Assembly (NCBI GenBank): GCA_051942205.1
Contig: JAVECO010000007.1
Coordinates: 62,001 to 126,000, forward strand
Direction: 5' to 3'
From: Coniocarpon cinnabarinum
Taxonomy: Eukaryota
DNA length: 64,000 nucleotides
In this document: in pieces, positions 23,478 through 36,140 of the stretch
Numbering within the stretch: the stretch's first letter is position 1
Layout: each line of letters begins with the position of its first letter
Made by a program: the position numbers and the translations under genes
The notes under the pieces: model-generated
What the model saw: the letters and a program-made list of their open reading frames with translations, nothing else
What the model was told of the DNA's origin: nothing
The model's database searches: none

Positions 23478-25830
23478 ATGTACCAAGCTCCGCCGGGCAT
23501 GGCCACCGCCGCGGCCAGCACACAAAAGCCTGAGTACGCGACGCGCCGCCCGTCACATAAACAATCTTTGCGCTGACGCCATCATCCAGGACGTTTTTGC
23601 TCTCCGCCGACGCAGCGCAGTCTTTGCCGCAGCAGGCTCAGGTAAGCGTCACGAATACCCACTGCCGTCGACGTTTCAACTGACGAAGAACTAGATCGCA
23701 TTGCAGCAGGTCGACAACCGTGAGTCTTGACCGCCACTCTGCAATCGGGCCAGCGCGCTTCATCAAACTCGACCGATACTGACGTCTGATCTTGCAGTCA
23801 AATATTTCTTAATATCTGCTCCAGTCGACTGGTCTCCAGACCAGTACATCCGACGATTCCTTTTACCGACTGGTGAATATGTTTCTTGCGTTTTATGGTG
23901 AGCAATGCAAGACGTGAATCGCTTGGTGAATGTACGCGCTCACATTCACCTCAGGAATAATCTGTTTCACATCACCGGCACCGACATCGTCCGATGTCTT
24001 GCCTTTCGTTTCCAGGCCTTCGGTCGCCCGGTCAAGAACTCCAAAAAATTCGAGGAGGGCATTTTTTCCGACCTTCGCAACCTGAAAGCCGGCAATGATG
24101 CTTCTCTCGAGGAACCGAAGAGTGCTTTTCTCGACTTTTTGTACAAGAACAATTGCATACGCACTCAGAAAAAACAGAAGGTGTTTTACTGGTACAGTGT
24201 CCCACACGACCGTCTGTTCCTTGATGCGCTCGAGCGAGACCTGAAACGGGAGAAAGCCAACCAGGAGCCAACATCTGTTGCCAACATGGAGCCCGCCCTC
24301 TCTTTCCAATTTGATGCCTCGCAATCCCTGTTTGAGCAACTCACCAAAGCTCAGCAGGACAGCCAAAACGAAGGACAGCAGCAACAAGACAGCTACGAGC
24401 ACTCTGTCTCACCCGTCGACAATGCCTCCGAGTCGATGCCACCACCCTCGACTCTGCCACACAGTGTTCCGAATGGAGTCTCTCAGGATGGCTACGCGAC
24501 GGCGGCCAGTTACGCCCCTCAAATGCCTGCAGGTCAGATGGCAACAACCAGCAAGCAGGAGCAATATGCGGCACACACAGCATACGAGCGTGCAGCAGGC
24601 GTGCAAATAAGTACTGGTCCCCGTCACAACTCGGTCCCGGCATACATGGAATACTCTCCTGCACCTTCATTTGTCTCGTCGCAGTCTCACTACGACAATT
24701 ACAGCAATCGCGGTATTTCTTACGAGCCAATTACCCCTCCGCAAGCTGTGTCTAACTACCATCAAGAACCTGCATATGGTCCGGCCGACGACAATGGCTT
24801 GTATGGTGCTTTGTCTGACATGTCCAGCGGTTATCCTACTGTCTCCATGGCTGCGCAAGGTTACGCTCCGCAATACACGGCACCCGCGAAGTCCTATCCT
24901 GCAAATTCTGTGAACCCGATTTATGCGCACATCGAAGGCTCACCTAATTACAAACAACGTCGAAGACGATCGCCATCTCCGTACGGAGCATCTCACTCTC
25001 AACCCACCTCGACACCAGGGCCAATCCGCCATCCGCATTCGGTCCAACGCCCAAGCCATTTGCGCCGCTCTGTCTCTCTTGCACCTGGGGTAGATCAACA
25101 CTTTGAGAGATCTTCCTCTCTTCCCATTCAACAAGCACAGAACGGGTTTGGCTACCTGCCACACTTCCCTTCACAGCAAGTGAACCAAAGTCAGCATGAT
25201 GCATCACAACTCTCTCGTGCCGAGAGCCCATTCAGTACGGTCGAAGATCCCGCAACCGCTCTTCATCAAAAAGCGTATGTCGACCCCAAAGCCTACGGCG
25301 AGATTGACGCTTGGACTCCCAACGATGTCAATGCTGGCTTCAATAACACCGCCAGCGCTTACCGCCGAGCTCGTTCCGCAACTACTACCGATGTTGCACC
25401 CTACTCGCAAAAGAGCCACTCATGTCCAATCCCAGCTTGTGGCCGTCACTTTAAGAGATTAGAGCATCTCAAGCGTCACGTCCGCACACACACGCAAGAG
25501 CGCCCATACATCTGCCCACACTGTGGCAAAGCGTTCTCGCGTTCTGACAATCTCGCCCAACACCGTCGCACTCACGAAGGCGGTGATGGTGTGGACGGCA
25601 GTGCTGGGTTCGGCGAAGACTTTGATGAAGACAACGATCTTGCAGAGGGTGAAGTCGTTCCTGGATGGGACGGCGAAGACACCAGTCCTGTGGAAGCACC
25701 AGACAGCGGCTACGCACAAGAGACCTTCTCCACACAGGACTTCAGCACCGACCAGGATATGCAGACCATGATGCGACAGTCTATGGGCCCGCCGCCGTTG
25801 CCGCAAACCATTTCGGCGCAGGGGTACTAG
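23478..25830 (+). CDS. STE12: Ste12-like transcription factor (STE domain plus two C2H2 zinc fingers); introns 23534-23589, 23642-23694, 23720-23797, 23898-23954
   Basis: [76 protein letters not shown]-terminal [19 protein letters not shown] and [17 protein letters not shown]. Confidence 0.97.
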
Positions 25831-26615
25831 GAATCCCCCTTGACGCTGATGGAACCATTCAGCAACGCAAGCATTGACATGGATGCAATGCAGCTCATCA
25901 TGAACAACGCCCCGGGATGTTAGGAACTCCCGGCGCCGCCTCACGTGCTAGCCACACAGACGCAGAATAAGCAGTCGGGCTTTTGACTGCACTTGCGCTG
26001 ATCCCTCGCGCCGCAATAACGAGCGCATCGTGTGCCTGGGGTGGCAGGAATGACACATACTAGAGTTGCGTGTGACAAGGGGACATTTTTGCATATGGAT
26101 TGTGGAGGACGGTGATGGGGAAGTTCGTTTTGAAAATCGATATCCAGAGTTACAGAACGGGATGCAGAGCAGTGACTGACGTCCATTTCCTATGTTAAAC
26201 CATGAGGCACACGCCCCAGCGAAGTGGCAGACTCCACGACGAGTCGAGTGTATGTTATGAGTCTCTACGATGAACGAGATCGATGGAATGGGTGTCGCTT
26301 CTTTGAGTTTCTTCGTCTGCCGTGCGTGATATTTGCTCTTTCGTGTGGGCTGCACGCTTCTTGCTGTGCATGCTGGGCATTGTCCAATAGATCGTCCAGG
26401 GGCCAGGCGCCTATGCAAAAATCATCGGAATATGTATACAGTGCAGAAAGCCAACACGTCAATGGCGCGCTCTGTAGATGCGGCTCTGAATCCGTTTGAA
26501 GGATGGAGCTGGGTTATTATCAATGAATACCATCCACTAATAACCGACATCCTCCTCTTCCTCTCCCTCGTCCTCTTCCTTTGGCTAATCAGACCAGTCT
26601 TCCCTCAGAACTTTA

Positions 26616-28808
26616 TCACGTTCCAGCCATGCCAACACCAACAGCAGGCGGCGGATTCGCTTCCACCGACCCCGTCATCGTCTCCAACTCTTCAACCCCT
26701 CGCCCGTTGCGCTCTCCTCCTCCTCGCGCCTCCCTCTCCCTCTTCTGCATCCCCCTCACAAACGCACCGAGTCTTAGGACACCACTAGGCGTAACACCCT
26801 CCAATCGTCGTGCCATGCCCACATTCTCCGGCCTCACATCACTCAGCACCCGTTTCTCCTCGGTACTCAACCCAAAGATGCTTTCATATTCCAGATCAAG
26901 CGGGAGAGACAGAGCCTCATCGCGGCTGAACTTCGCCATGTCCTTGGCTTGCGCCGCGACGTAGGGCGCGTATTGTCCCTCGATTTCCACACGGCGGAGG
27001 ATGTGTGGCGCGTAGTTCTGTGAGAGTGATGGAGGGAGATGAGGAAGGAGGGAAGAAAGCGGTGTATTGATATGGCAGAGGAGTTGGAATGCACTGCGCG
27101 GTTGGTTATCAGCGTGGACGCGGAAGCCGAGACGGTTCCATGCGGTGCCGTGGAGACGAGTATTTTCCAGTATGGCGCGGACTTCGTCCATGGCTTTCGT
27201 TTCGGATTGGAAGGCAGACCAGCGTTCTCCGGAAATCGCGCCAACGGTGTGGGCTTGGGGACTGAAGCGCAGATCCGCGTTATCGGCGCGACAGGACATG
27301 CGGTATTCGCTGCGGGAAGTGAACATGCGGTAGGGTTCTGAGACGCCCTTTGTGATGAGGTCGTCGAGCATGATGCCAATGTATCCATCGGCGCGGGAGA
27401 TGGGAATAGGAGGTTTGTTGTTGGCAGAGAGACCAGCGTTGATACCTGCGATGATGCCTTGAGCAGCTGCTTCTTCATACCCGGTCGTCCCATTGATCTG
27501 GCCAGCGAGGTAGAGACCTTGTATATTCTTCGTCTCGAGGGAGGAGAGCAAAGAGCGGGGATCGACGTAGTCGTATTCGACGCCGTAGCCGGGCTGTAGC
27601 ATTTCGACATTCTCAAGGCCGGGAATCGTCTTGAGCATGGCTTCTTGCGTGTCTGCGGGCACGGTCATGGATATGCCATTGGGATAAATAACGTCGGAGT
27701 CAAAGCCCTCAGGCTCGAGCCAGACAATGTGTCGGTCTTTCGAGGAGAAGCGGATGACTTTTGACTCCAGGGATGGGCAATAGCGGGGCCCTTTGACGGT
27801 TTCGCGGATATGGATGGAGTTGTGGAGGTTCGCGCGGATGATGTCGTGGGTTTGAGGGTTCGTGTAGGTAGCGTGACAAGGAAGTTGAGCATCTGCGGAG
27901 ACGGTCGGCGCACGGTTGAGGTAGCTGAAGGGGCTTGGTGGATTATCGCCGGGCTGAACTTCAAGAGGGGATAAGTCAATGGTGTTGCGGTCGAGGCGGG
28001 GAGGTGTTCCAGTTTTGAGACGACCTATAGCAAAGCCTGCGCTGCGAAGGGATGTGCTGAGGCCGGTCGTGGCAGCTTCGCCCATGCGTCCTGAGGGATA
28101 GACATCCAAGCCGACGTGTATTTCGCCACCGAGAAAGGTCCCCGTGGTGATGATGACGTGGTCTGCGCGGATGATCTCGCCGCTCTCGAGTCGAAGACCA
28201 GTGATACGACCGCGACGGCCAGGTTTAGCCGTCTCTGAAGACCAGTCAACTACGATGTCGGCCACTTTTCCTTCATGGATGTCAAGGTGACCCTTTCCGT
28301 CCCTTCTGTAGTTGGTCATCTCTTGACGCATTTCTTTCTTGTATAGCGAACGATCGATCTGCGCTCGTGGTCCCCATACTGCTGGCCCTTTCTTGCTGTT
28401 GAGGGTTCTGAATTGAACGGCCGCCTTGTCAATGACTCTTCCAGCTACGCCATCGAGAGCATCGATCTCTCGTAGCATCGTCCCCTTGCCAATTCCTCCG
28501 AATGACGGATTGCACGAACATACCCCCAGATTATCGAGGGATGGTGTGATGAGCGCTGTTCGAGCACCGAGTCTCGCACTCGCGGCGCAAGCCTCAGTGC
28601 CTGCGTGGCCACCTCCAATGACAAGCACATCGTAATCCCTACATTCCCTGGAGAAAGATTGGCCGGGTCTGTATGGCGAGGTACTATCTTCATCTCCTTG
28701 CACTGTGGCGAATGCTCGTTGACGGCTCGCCGTCCAGCCAAGCTGCGCAGGACGAGAAGACAGCTTGATCCATTTCTGGTGAGCCGACCCTGCACGCAGA
28801 GATTTCAT
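26616..28808 (-). CDS. MTO1: Mitochondrial tRNA U34 modification enzyme Mto1/GidA (MnmG)
   Basis: [11 protein letters not shown] motif, [52 protein letters not shown] and [13 protein letters not shown]. The first ATG (28808) gives a presequence-like N-terminus. Confidence 0.96.
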   Translation of the reverse strand: MKSLRAGSAHQKWIKLSSRPAQLGWTASRQRAFATVQGDEDSTSPYRPGQSFSRECRDYDVLVIGGGHAGTEACAASARLGARTALITPSLDNLGVCSCNPSFGGIGKGTMLREIDALDGVAGRVIDKAAVQFRTLNSKKGPAVWGPRAQIDRSLYKKEMRQEMTNYRRDGKGHLDIHEGKVADIVVDWSSETAKPGRRGRITGLRLESGEIIRADHVIITTGTFLGGEIHVGLDVYPSGRMGEAATTGLSTSLRSAGFAIGRLKTGTPPRLDRNTIDLSPLEVQPGDNPPSPFSYLNRAPTVSADAQLPCHATYTNPQTHDIIRANLHNSIHIRETVKGPRYCPSLESKVIRFSSKDRHIVWLEPEGFDSDVIYPNGISMTVPADTQEAMLKTIPGLENVEMLQPGYGVEYDYVDPRSLLSSLETKNIQGLYLAGQINGTTGYEEAAAQGIIAGINAGLSANNKPPIPISRADGYIGIMLDDLITKGVSEPYRMFTSRSEYRMSCRADNADLRFSPQAHTVGAISGERWSAFQSETKAMDEVRAILENTRLHGTAWNRLGFRVHADNQPRSAFQLLCHINTPLSSLLPHLPPSLSQNYAPHILRRVEIEGQYAPYVAAQAKDMAKFSRDEALSLPLDLEYESIFGLSTEEKRVLSDVRPENVGMARRLEGVTPSGVLRLGAFVRGMQKREREARGGGERNGRGVEELETMTGSVEANPPPAVGVGMAGT

Positions 28809-30075
28809 GCCTTGTGCGCGATTCACGACAGATTGCTTAAGGGAACCCACGAGAGGTTCATCACAGGTCGCTTTGAGGTCTGCTGGAGATATCACATTTC
28901 TCGGCGCTGTTTATTCCGTGGAGCGAGATCAAAACTTGGCCTCACAAGGCTCAAGCGCGAGATGGGATGTAGGTCCGTGCTTCCGCTTTCGTCGACTTCA
29001 GGTTAGCCTCTACAGTGTCTTTGCACGATGGGAGGCTATTTTTCTGCGTTGCTGGTCCGAGCTCTCTTATACAGATCTGCGGTGTCACGATGAGAACCAA
29101 CAGGAACAAATAGCCTATCCGAAGACATCGACCCTGTAGTACAGTACTCGATTGGCTAGCATGCTCGCGGTGCTTGAAATAGATCAGGACGCCCCTTAAG
29201 CTCACCTGGAGTTAATTACCAGACCTGCATGCTGCCGAGCCTACTTTGCCTAGACATTGCCTCCAGCGCGCGTCTCGAGCTTCACTCAGCCTCGTCCGCT
29301 CTTGGCCTTCCATGTTGATCCATGGCTCTGGCGTATCATCATAGACCTAGAGGGGCTGCGTTCTTCTTGCATTGCTTTACGGTAGACGGAATAGGGTTAC
29401 TCACTCATGATCACGATTCAGCAAGTGATATGTTAATTCGCTTCTCTAAGTAGTGTATGCAGCAGCGATATGTGCGAGCCGTCGGCCGCACCACGCCAAA
29501 GCGTTTGGTCGCATGGCCGGACCGTCGTGGACCGCCATTGCGTTAGCCTTCTCCAATGACAAGTCAGCGTCACCACGCTTACTCTCGGCGACCACCCGCA
29601 TCCCTCTCCAAGCCTTGCGATTGCCTTCTGTATCACATTGGACCGCCGTTTCTGAGATCCAAATTGGAAGCGACGGCCCTAGACTTTGGACATGGCTGCC
29701 AATCATTTCCCCATCAGCTTACGGTCTTGGTTTTTTCCGTTGCCTGTGCATACCATCTTACAGCTCGTGGCCCTTGCGTGTGCCTGACTCTGCATCTATA
29801 TCTAAGCCTTGCGCCTAATTCTCACGTTCGTTTGATTTCATGTCTTACACCTATATTCCCCCGGATGAACTAAGACAGTACGAGGAGAAACGACAGCAAC
29901 GGCTTGAAAAGCGTCAACATAAACACTAGGAGCATTACGATCGCAAGATTGAAAGATCCAAGACTTACCAACAGAAGCTCAGAAAACAGGACGAGAAAGA
30001 AAAGGCCCAAATCAATCGTGCCAAAGCTGCAGCGAAGCGACTTCTCCCTCGTAAATTGAGAAAAAAGCAGCCGTG

Positions 30076-30675
30076 ATGGATCAATATGGCGCTCCACAGC
30101 TCCAGCAGCCCCAACAAGAACACTCCTTCCAGACCGGCCTGTTCAGCTGCTTCAGCGACATAGGGACTTGTGAGTTGTCCTCGCGCGCACCGAACTGTGA
30201 GCAAAGTGAGCAGAGATGCAGCGACTGACATTTCATAGGCTGTCTCACTTCTTGGTGCCCCTGTGTGACTTACTCCTGGACCGGTCACCGCCTGAAGAAC
30301 CGCAGCGACCAGTCCACACCCTCATTCTGCACCGGCGACTGCTGGCTCTATGGCTGTCTCGCTACCTTCACCTGTGGCCTCGGCTCGTCAGTCTTACAAA
30401 TGATGCGCCGTGATGAACTGCGCAGGGAGCTTCATGTGGCCGGTACGTCATCCATATCCATTTTTGCTCTGCATGTCACGCTTTATTGACTCAATTTCCA
30501 CGCAGGAAACGGTGGTGTCGACCTCGCCGTCGTTTTCTGTCTCCCAGCCTGCGCCCTCTGTCAGGAAGAGCAGGAAGCCAAGAAATGGCAACAAGGCAAG
30601 GAAGTATACGCGTCCATGCCAGCGCAGCCACAGTACGGAAGGGTCGACGAAATGCATTACCCGCAGAAGGCTTAG
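30076..30675 (+). CDS. PLAC8/DUF614 family cysteine-rich protein (introns 30170-30238, 30443-30505)
   Basis: Spliced product MDQYGAPQ..FQTGLFSCFSDIGTCCLTSWCPCVTY..RRDELRRELHVAGNGGVDLAVVFCLPACALCQEEQE, a typical PLAC8 signature. Confidence 0.88.
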
Positions 30676-31155
30676 ATCGTGACTGTGGGGGACTATGATG
30701 GAATGCGAAGAAGTCTAGGGCGGCGAAAGAAAATGGTGGGGATCAAGGATGGCCATTGGTGGGAGGAGAGTGAACGGCCGCCATTGGGTCCGCATGTGAA
30801 AGGCTTGGGCTGATGTGAATGAGGTGGACGGGGTGAATAGTCTCTGGCCCTAGACAGATCTCGGATAGTATTCATACGCCCTGAACTTGACCTTTCGACC
30901 TAGGGCGTGAAGTCTTCTGTGAGATGCATGCGAGGTTGCAGTGCTAAGCACGTTTACGACGTGCCGTGCGCCCTTGTTTTGACAAAGATTGCACGGAAGA
31001 CGAAATGCAGTCTATATAATTTGGTGCCGATACTCTGCGTCTGACCGTTTATTTACAATTTGTCTACGAAGTGGCCTGCCCCTGCCGTTGTCGTCTCCAA
31101 TATGCCCGCGCTCCTATCAATGTCCATGCTGTAGGAGATCGCCAGCAGTAAAGCT

Positions 31156-33974
31156 TCACTGCTGATTCAACACGTCTTCTTCATCCAGGGGCCACATCAG
31201 ATCATCCATAGCGAAATTCTCAGCACCTGTACCTGGTCCACTCATGGGTGGCATGCTGGTCAGTCCAGACATGTCCATCATTCCTGGCATGGTTGTGACG
31301 CCAGATGACACAACCCCGCCCGCCATGGTCGAGGTCCCAAACATTTCAGGACCACTGAAAAACATTGCGTTGCTAGGCGTCCCAGTCCCACCAAAATAAC
31401 GCGACATTTCTTGGTCTGACGGCAGTCCGTGACCATCTGGCGGTTCATTGACGACGTTGCAATCCATGTGCATGCCACTGACGTGCTCAGAAGTCGACGC
31501 CAAAAGTGGACAAGCTGAAAAGGCAGGGGCTTTTGTGGGCCCGGCCGACACTGCGACGTCTGCATCTGTCGTGCCTGCACGCAAAATATCTTGAACTTGT
31601 TCTTTGAAAAGCGCGAGCCAGTGCGCATCGTCCGCGCATGTCTGGTTCCAGGCATCGTCATTTCCGTAGAGCGTCTGACGCGCATGTTGCTGCACCTTTG
31701 CATCCGTCACTTCTTCGCCGTGGGACAGGCATTCTCGCACGAACCGTAACAGGATGGACCCCATTACTTCCCAGCCGTGCGCGTTCGCAGCGGTGTCGTT
31801 ACCGGCATGCTCTTCCTCAACATGCCCAGAAGCTAGCGGGCGAGATCGCTGCGCCGCCTCTAGAAGATGTGGATTGGCATCTGCTACTTGAGCCTCGACT
31901 TCGGGATCAAAACCCCAGCCACCGCTCCACTCAGCCATAGTCCTTGCCTCACGGAAGTGCTTAGCGAGGTGGCCAGCGCGGTCGTCCCAGGTGGTGAAAG
32001 CCGCGTCGCAAAAGCCACAGCGAGAGCGAACGATCTCGGGCACAACCTTCCAATTGTCCATGCTATCATGCATTGCAACACTGTGCACGAGCCGCAGATG
32101 CTGACGCAAATGATCTTTCCGCGTAAAAGATCTGCCACTAAGGCCCTTCTCCAGGCAAGCAGAGTGATCGTGGGACTCGACGTGGGCCATGTCGGGATTC
32201 GGGTGGCGACAATAGGCGCATGTAGATCTCTGATTGAGAGAGTCTTGTTCAATAGGGCCGTTCGGGCAGCAGACCCATTTCTCAAAATTGAGGTGCAGGG
32301 ACTTTTCGTGGCGGAGCCAGTCGTATTTGTGTTTGCTAACAGTTGTTCATTAGGATCAAGAGTGACGCAGTGAAGAAACGCTGCAACTTACAATGTGTCT
32401 ACGCAGAACGTACACTGGAAAGGACGGGGGTCATTGGCATCCGCAGTGCCTCTGATCAAGAAACGTCAGCAATCTGACTAACGAGACTTCGCTTGCCTGG
32501 ACGCTGCGCTTCATGCAAAGCACCAATATCCAACGTAGAGGATTCAACTCACCGTTTGCCACGAACAGTCGGCGCAGTTGTTGACGCAAGCGGCGTCGAA
32601 CGGCGTTTTCGACGACGGTCTTTGCGGGCGAAGGAATTATAAGAGCCGTGCGAGCCTCGTGATGAGCCACGAGACCGAGCAGATCCAAGCGAATCGCTAG
32701 AGTGTTGAGAGGATACACTGTTCGACGACTGCGCACAAAAGACAGAGAACTCAGAGCCAGAGCTCAACCGATTACGTCTTCGACTCAGCGACCTCGAGGA
32801 GCTGCGAGAAGCCTCTTGTGCGTCGTAATCGCACGATTCCGCGGCACGAGCGATGGCAGCTAGCGGTGCTTCAGCTTCGGGAGGAGATTCTTTCCATCGC
32901 TCTAAAGGTGTCAGGTAATCGGCTGGAGCGTATCCTGGCGGCACGTCCGGTGTCGGCATGGTAATGGGTTGGGACTTCGTGACTGGCGCGGGTGAGCTCG
33001 CGCGCTTTGGCCGAACCTGGAAAGGTGTGAGCATGGCATATTCATGCAGGCTCAAACGCGATTGCGTGAGCTCAAAGGTATACGCACCTTGCCCCTGCGC
33101 CGAGCATTCGCAAGCCAATTCGATACCTGGGTGCCACTCAGGCCAGTGCGTTCACATAGGTCCTGTTTTTGCTCATTTGTAGGGTAAGAAGATTCAGCAT
33201 GTTCCTGCAGCCAGTTCCTGAGTAGACGAATTGTTGGCTTGGAAAAGCGCACAGCCGATCCCAACGGCGCCGCTTCACCTTCAACTTTTGTCAGTACGAC
33301 GAAATCATGACATGATATGCGACATCGGCGAGAGTCCGACGTGGCAGTCGAGGCCGTGCAATAAAAAGGCAAGAGCTAGCACGAAAGGTATTGCTTCATG
33401 TGGATTTGCTTACCTCTACTTCGCCCTCGCCTCTCTAACTCAGTCTTGATTTGATTCATACTGGCTCCTGCAGCATAAAAAGGACGAATGCCCGTGAGCG
33501 TGCCTTGCTCCACGCTGGCATCCTCTGTCACGGTATGTAAGGTATCGACCCTACCCCCTGGATCATGATGGTCCTCGACAAACGAACATTGACGAAAGAG
33601 AGAAATGCAAGCGAAGCAAGACTTATTTCCCTCATTCGTGAAGACTTTGCACTCCATGTTCAAGTCTTCACAGTATTTGCAACGAACGTTTGGTCTTTTG
33701 TACATGGGCAATGTGACCGTATAAAAATCCTCAGGCATCTCGCCTTGCGAGAGGGGGCAGGCACTAAAGAAGAGCGTGAGAAACACGTTGTGGTGCCCTC
33801 CAAGGCCTCTCATACTGACTTCTCGACGTTGACAGCCTCCGCTTGAGTCCAAACTGGATGGAATGGATCCGCAACGGACAACGAGAGGCTCTCAGAGCTT
33901 AGCTCTTCGGACCTTGATGCATGACCAAAGTCGAAGAAGTTGTCAATCTCTTCTTGGGTGGGTTCGTAAGCCAT
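31156..33974 (-). CDS. Homeobox plus C2H2 zinc-finger transcription factor (about 6 exons)
   Basis: Starts MAYEPTQEEIDNFFDF. Contains a Cys cluster (CKYC..C..CFAC..C), a TALE-type homeodomain (YPTNEQKQDL..QVSNWLANARRR), FQCTFC..YDWLRHEKSLH, FTRKDHLRQHLRLVH and CGFC..HLAKHF. Confidence 0.88.
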
Positions 33975-34655
33975 GATAGGAAAGCGGTCGAGATGCTACA
34001 CAGTGCAAATGAAACTCGTGATGCGTACGGAAGCAAGAATAGAAGAAAAAAGGTGGAATAGTTACAAAATACCAATGACTTAGGAGGAGAGCGAGTGTAC
34101 GGATTAGGAAACCATGTCAAAGTCAGGGCGCGCCCACGGCAGACTGACGCTCAAGCTTAAACTAAAGCGGGCGTAAGCTGACCGGCGATTACCATTTGGT
34201 ATGACCGGCTGCTGCTTCTGTTTAACTTAGAACAGCTTCGTATGCTGCTATACGTCCCGCCTGAAAGCATTGTAAGTCTAAGTCTCGCCGCTCGAGAACG
34301 CTCAAGTCGCTAATGACACGAGAAGAATATTATGTGAAAACGTTATGAGGGCTGGAGCAAAGGCCTATTGCGCTAAGCCGCTTCAGGCTCTAGCGGCTTT
34401 TGCTCGTGTGGAGGTGAAATGCGCTAAGCCACTTCAAAATTTTTTGCTCGTTGAGCCTGCCTGCGGTTTTCCGCCTGAGATAGCCAGCGTGACGTGGCTG
34501 CTTCAACGACCTGCCGGCTACTCCCACGCGACTCCCACGGGTGCTCTGATCCAGTGTTGGCCTACCTGGCCTCGAGCGAGACCACAATTTGGGCCCTCGA
34601 CTGAAACACCACACGTCGATTTTGCGGCGGCATCCCGCCTGCTACCGCCTCAGCA

Positions 34656-36058
34656 ATGTCTCAGAGCCAAGGCGAAGCGGAGCAAAATGTTGAGATCTGG
34701 AAGGTCAAGAAGCTTATCAAGAGTCTTGAAATGGCCCGAGGGAACGGGACTTCCATGATTTCCCTCATCATCCGTGGGTTGTGCCCCGCGGCGGGGCTAT
34801 GACTCTTCGCTGACCATATACAAGCGCCCAAAGATCAAGTGTCGCGAGCCGCAAAGATGTTGGCGGAAGAATTTGTAAGTACCCTCTGGACGATCCGGTC
34901 AAGTCTTTCACTAACATTGTCTAGGGCACAGCATCTAACATCAAGTCGCGAGTCAATCGCCTCTCCGTTTTGTCAGCCATCACGTCCACGCAGCAGCGCC
35001 TTAAGCTTTACAACAAAGTGCCGCCAAATGGACTCGTTGTATACTGTGGTGAAATCATCACGGCCGAAGGAAAAGAGCGAAAGATCAATATGGATTTTGA
35101 GCCTTTCAAGCCTATCAACACATCGCTGTATCTCTGTGACAACAAATTTCACACAGAAGCGCTCTCCGAGCTTCTAGAATCAGACCAGAAATTTGGATTT
35201 ATTGTTATGGATGGCAATGGCGCGCTCTTCGGGACACTCTCTGGCAACACGCGCGACGTTTTACATAAGTTCTCAGTCGATCTGCCCAAAAAGCATGGCA
35301 GAGGTGGTCAATCAGCATTACGTTTTGCGCGTCTACGAGAGGAGAAGCGTCACAACTATGTGCGGAAGGTCGCTGAACTTGCCGTGCAGAACTTCATCAC
35401 GCAAGACAAGGTCAACGTGGCCGGCTTGATTCTGGCAGGGTCGGCTGACTTCAAGAACGATTTGAATCAATCAGACATGTTCGATCAGCGGTTGCAGTCT
35501 AAGGTCATCAAAGTGGTAGACGTATCTTACGGAGGTGAAAACGGCTTCAATCAAGCGATTGAGCTTGCTTCAGAGACCCTCAGTAACGTCAAATTCATCC
35601 AGGAAAAGAAACTGATCAACAAGTATTTCGATGAGATTAGTCAGGACAGTGGCAAGGTCTGCTACGGCATTGATGACACCATGAAAGCGCTTGAGGCGGG
35701 TGCGGCTGAGACACTCATTGTCTACGAGAACTTGGAGACTTCACGATGGGAGCTCAAATCATCAGGAGGGTCTCCAGTAGTCTTGTTCACAAACAAAGGC
35801 CAAGAGGCCGACCGCAGCCAATTCATCGACAAAGAAACAGGACAAGAAATGGAAGTTATCAGTCAAATGCCGTTCTTGGAGTGGCTTGCAGAAAGATACC
35901 ACGACTTTGGCGCGACCCTCGAATTTGTGTCCGATCGCAGCTCTGAAGGCAACCAATTCGTAAAGGGGTTCGGTGGCATTGGCGCCATCATGCGATACAA
36001 GCTCAACTTCGAGCAGCTTGCTGACCTTAGTGACGAAGATGAATTCTATGATGACTGA
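34656..36058 (+). CDS. SUP45: Eukaryotic peptide chain release factor 1 (introns 34774-34824, 34875-34924)
   Basis: [40 protein letters not shown] and [11 protein letters not shown] motifs; all canonical. Confidence 0.98.
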
Positions 36059-36082
36059 CGGTTTTGCGACCTCGCTAATACA

Positions 36083-36140
36083 CGCGAGGGGCCATCTCCA
36101 GTCTGTCACCCCGCATCGGACAGCCTGATGGCCCTTCGTG
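36083..36140 (+). other. RNA stem-loop 25 nt downstream of the eRF1 UGA (candidate readthrough stimulator)
   Basis: CGCGAGGGGCCATC (36083-36096) pairs over 14 contiguous bp (2 G-U) with GATGGCCCTTCGTG (36127-36140). There is an inner stem CTGTC/GACAG. Confidence 0.6.

Noticed and set aside
28809..28895. GTG/TTG starts in the ORF track (MTO1 28895, MTG2 50340, SDR 53069, eRF1 34970)
   Set aside because: These are artefacts of bacterial-style ORF calling. Downstream ATGs or spliced upstream exons give the expected N-termini.
25828..29929. Alternative genetic code (TAG as sense), suggested by two TAG-GA stops with open downstream frames
   Set aside because: TAG ends THO2, TAM41, HIS5, the SDR and PLAC8 at the expected positions, no conserved gene has an internal TAG, and the eRF1 GTS/NIKS/YxCxxxF motifs are canonical.
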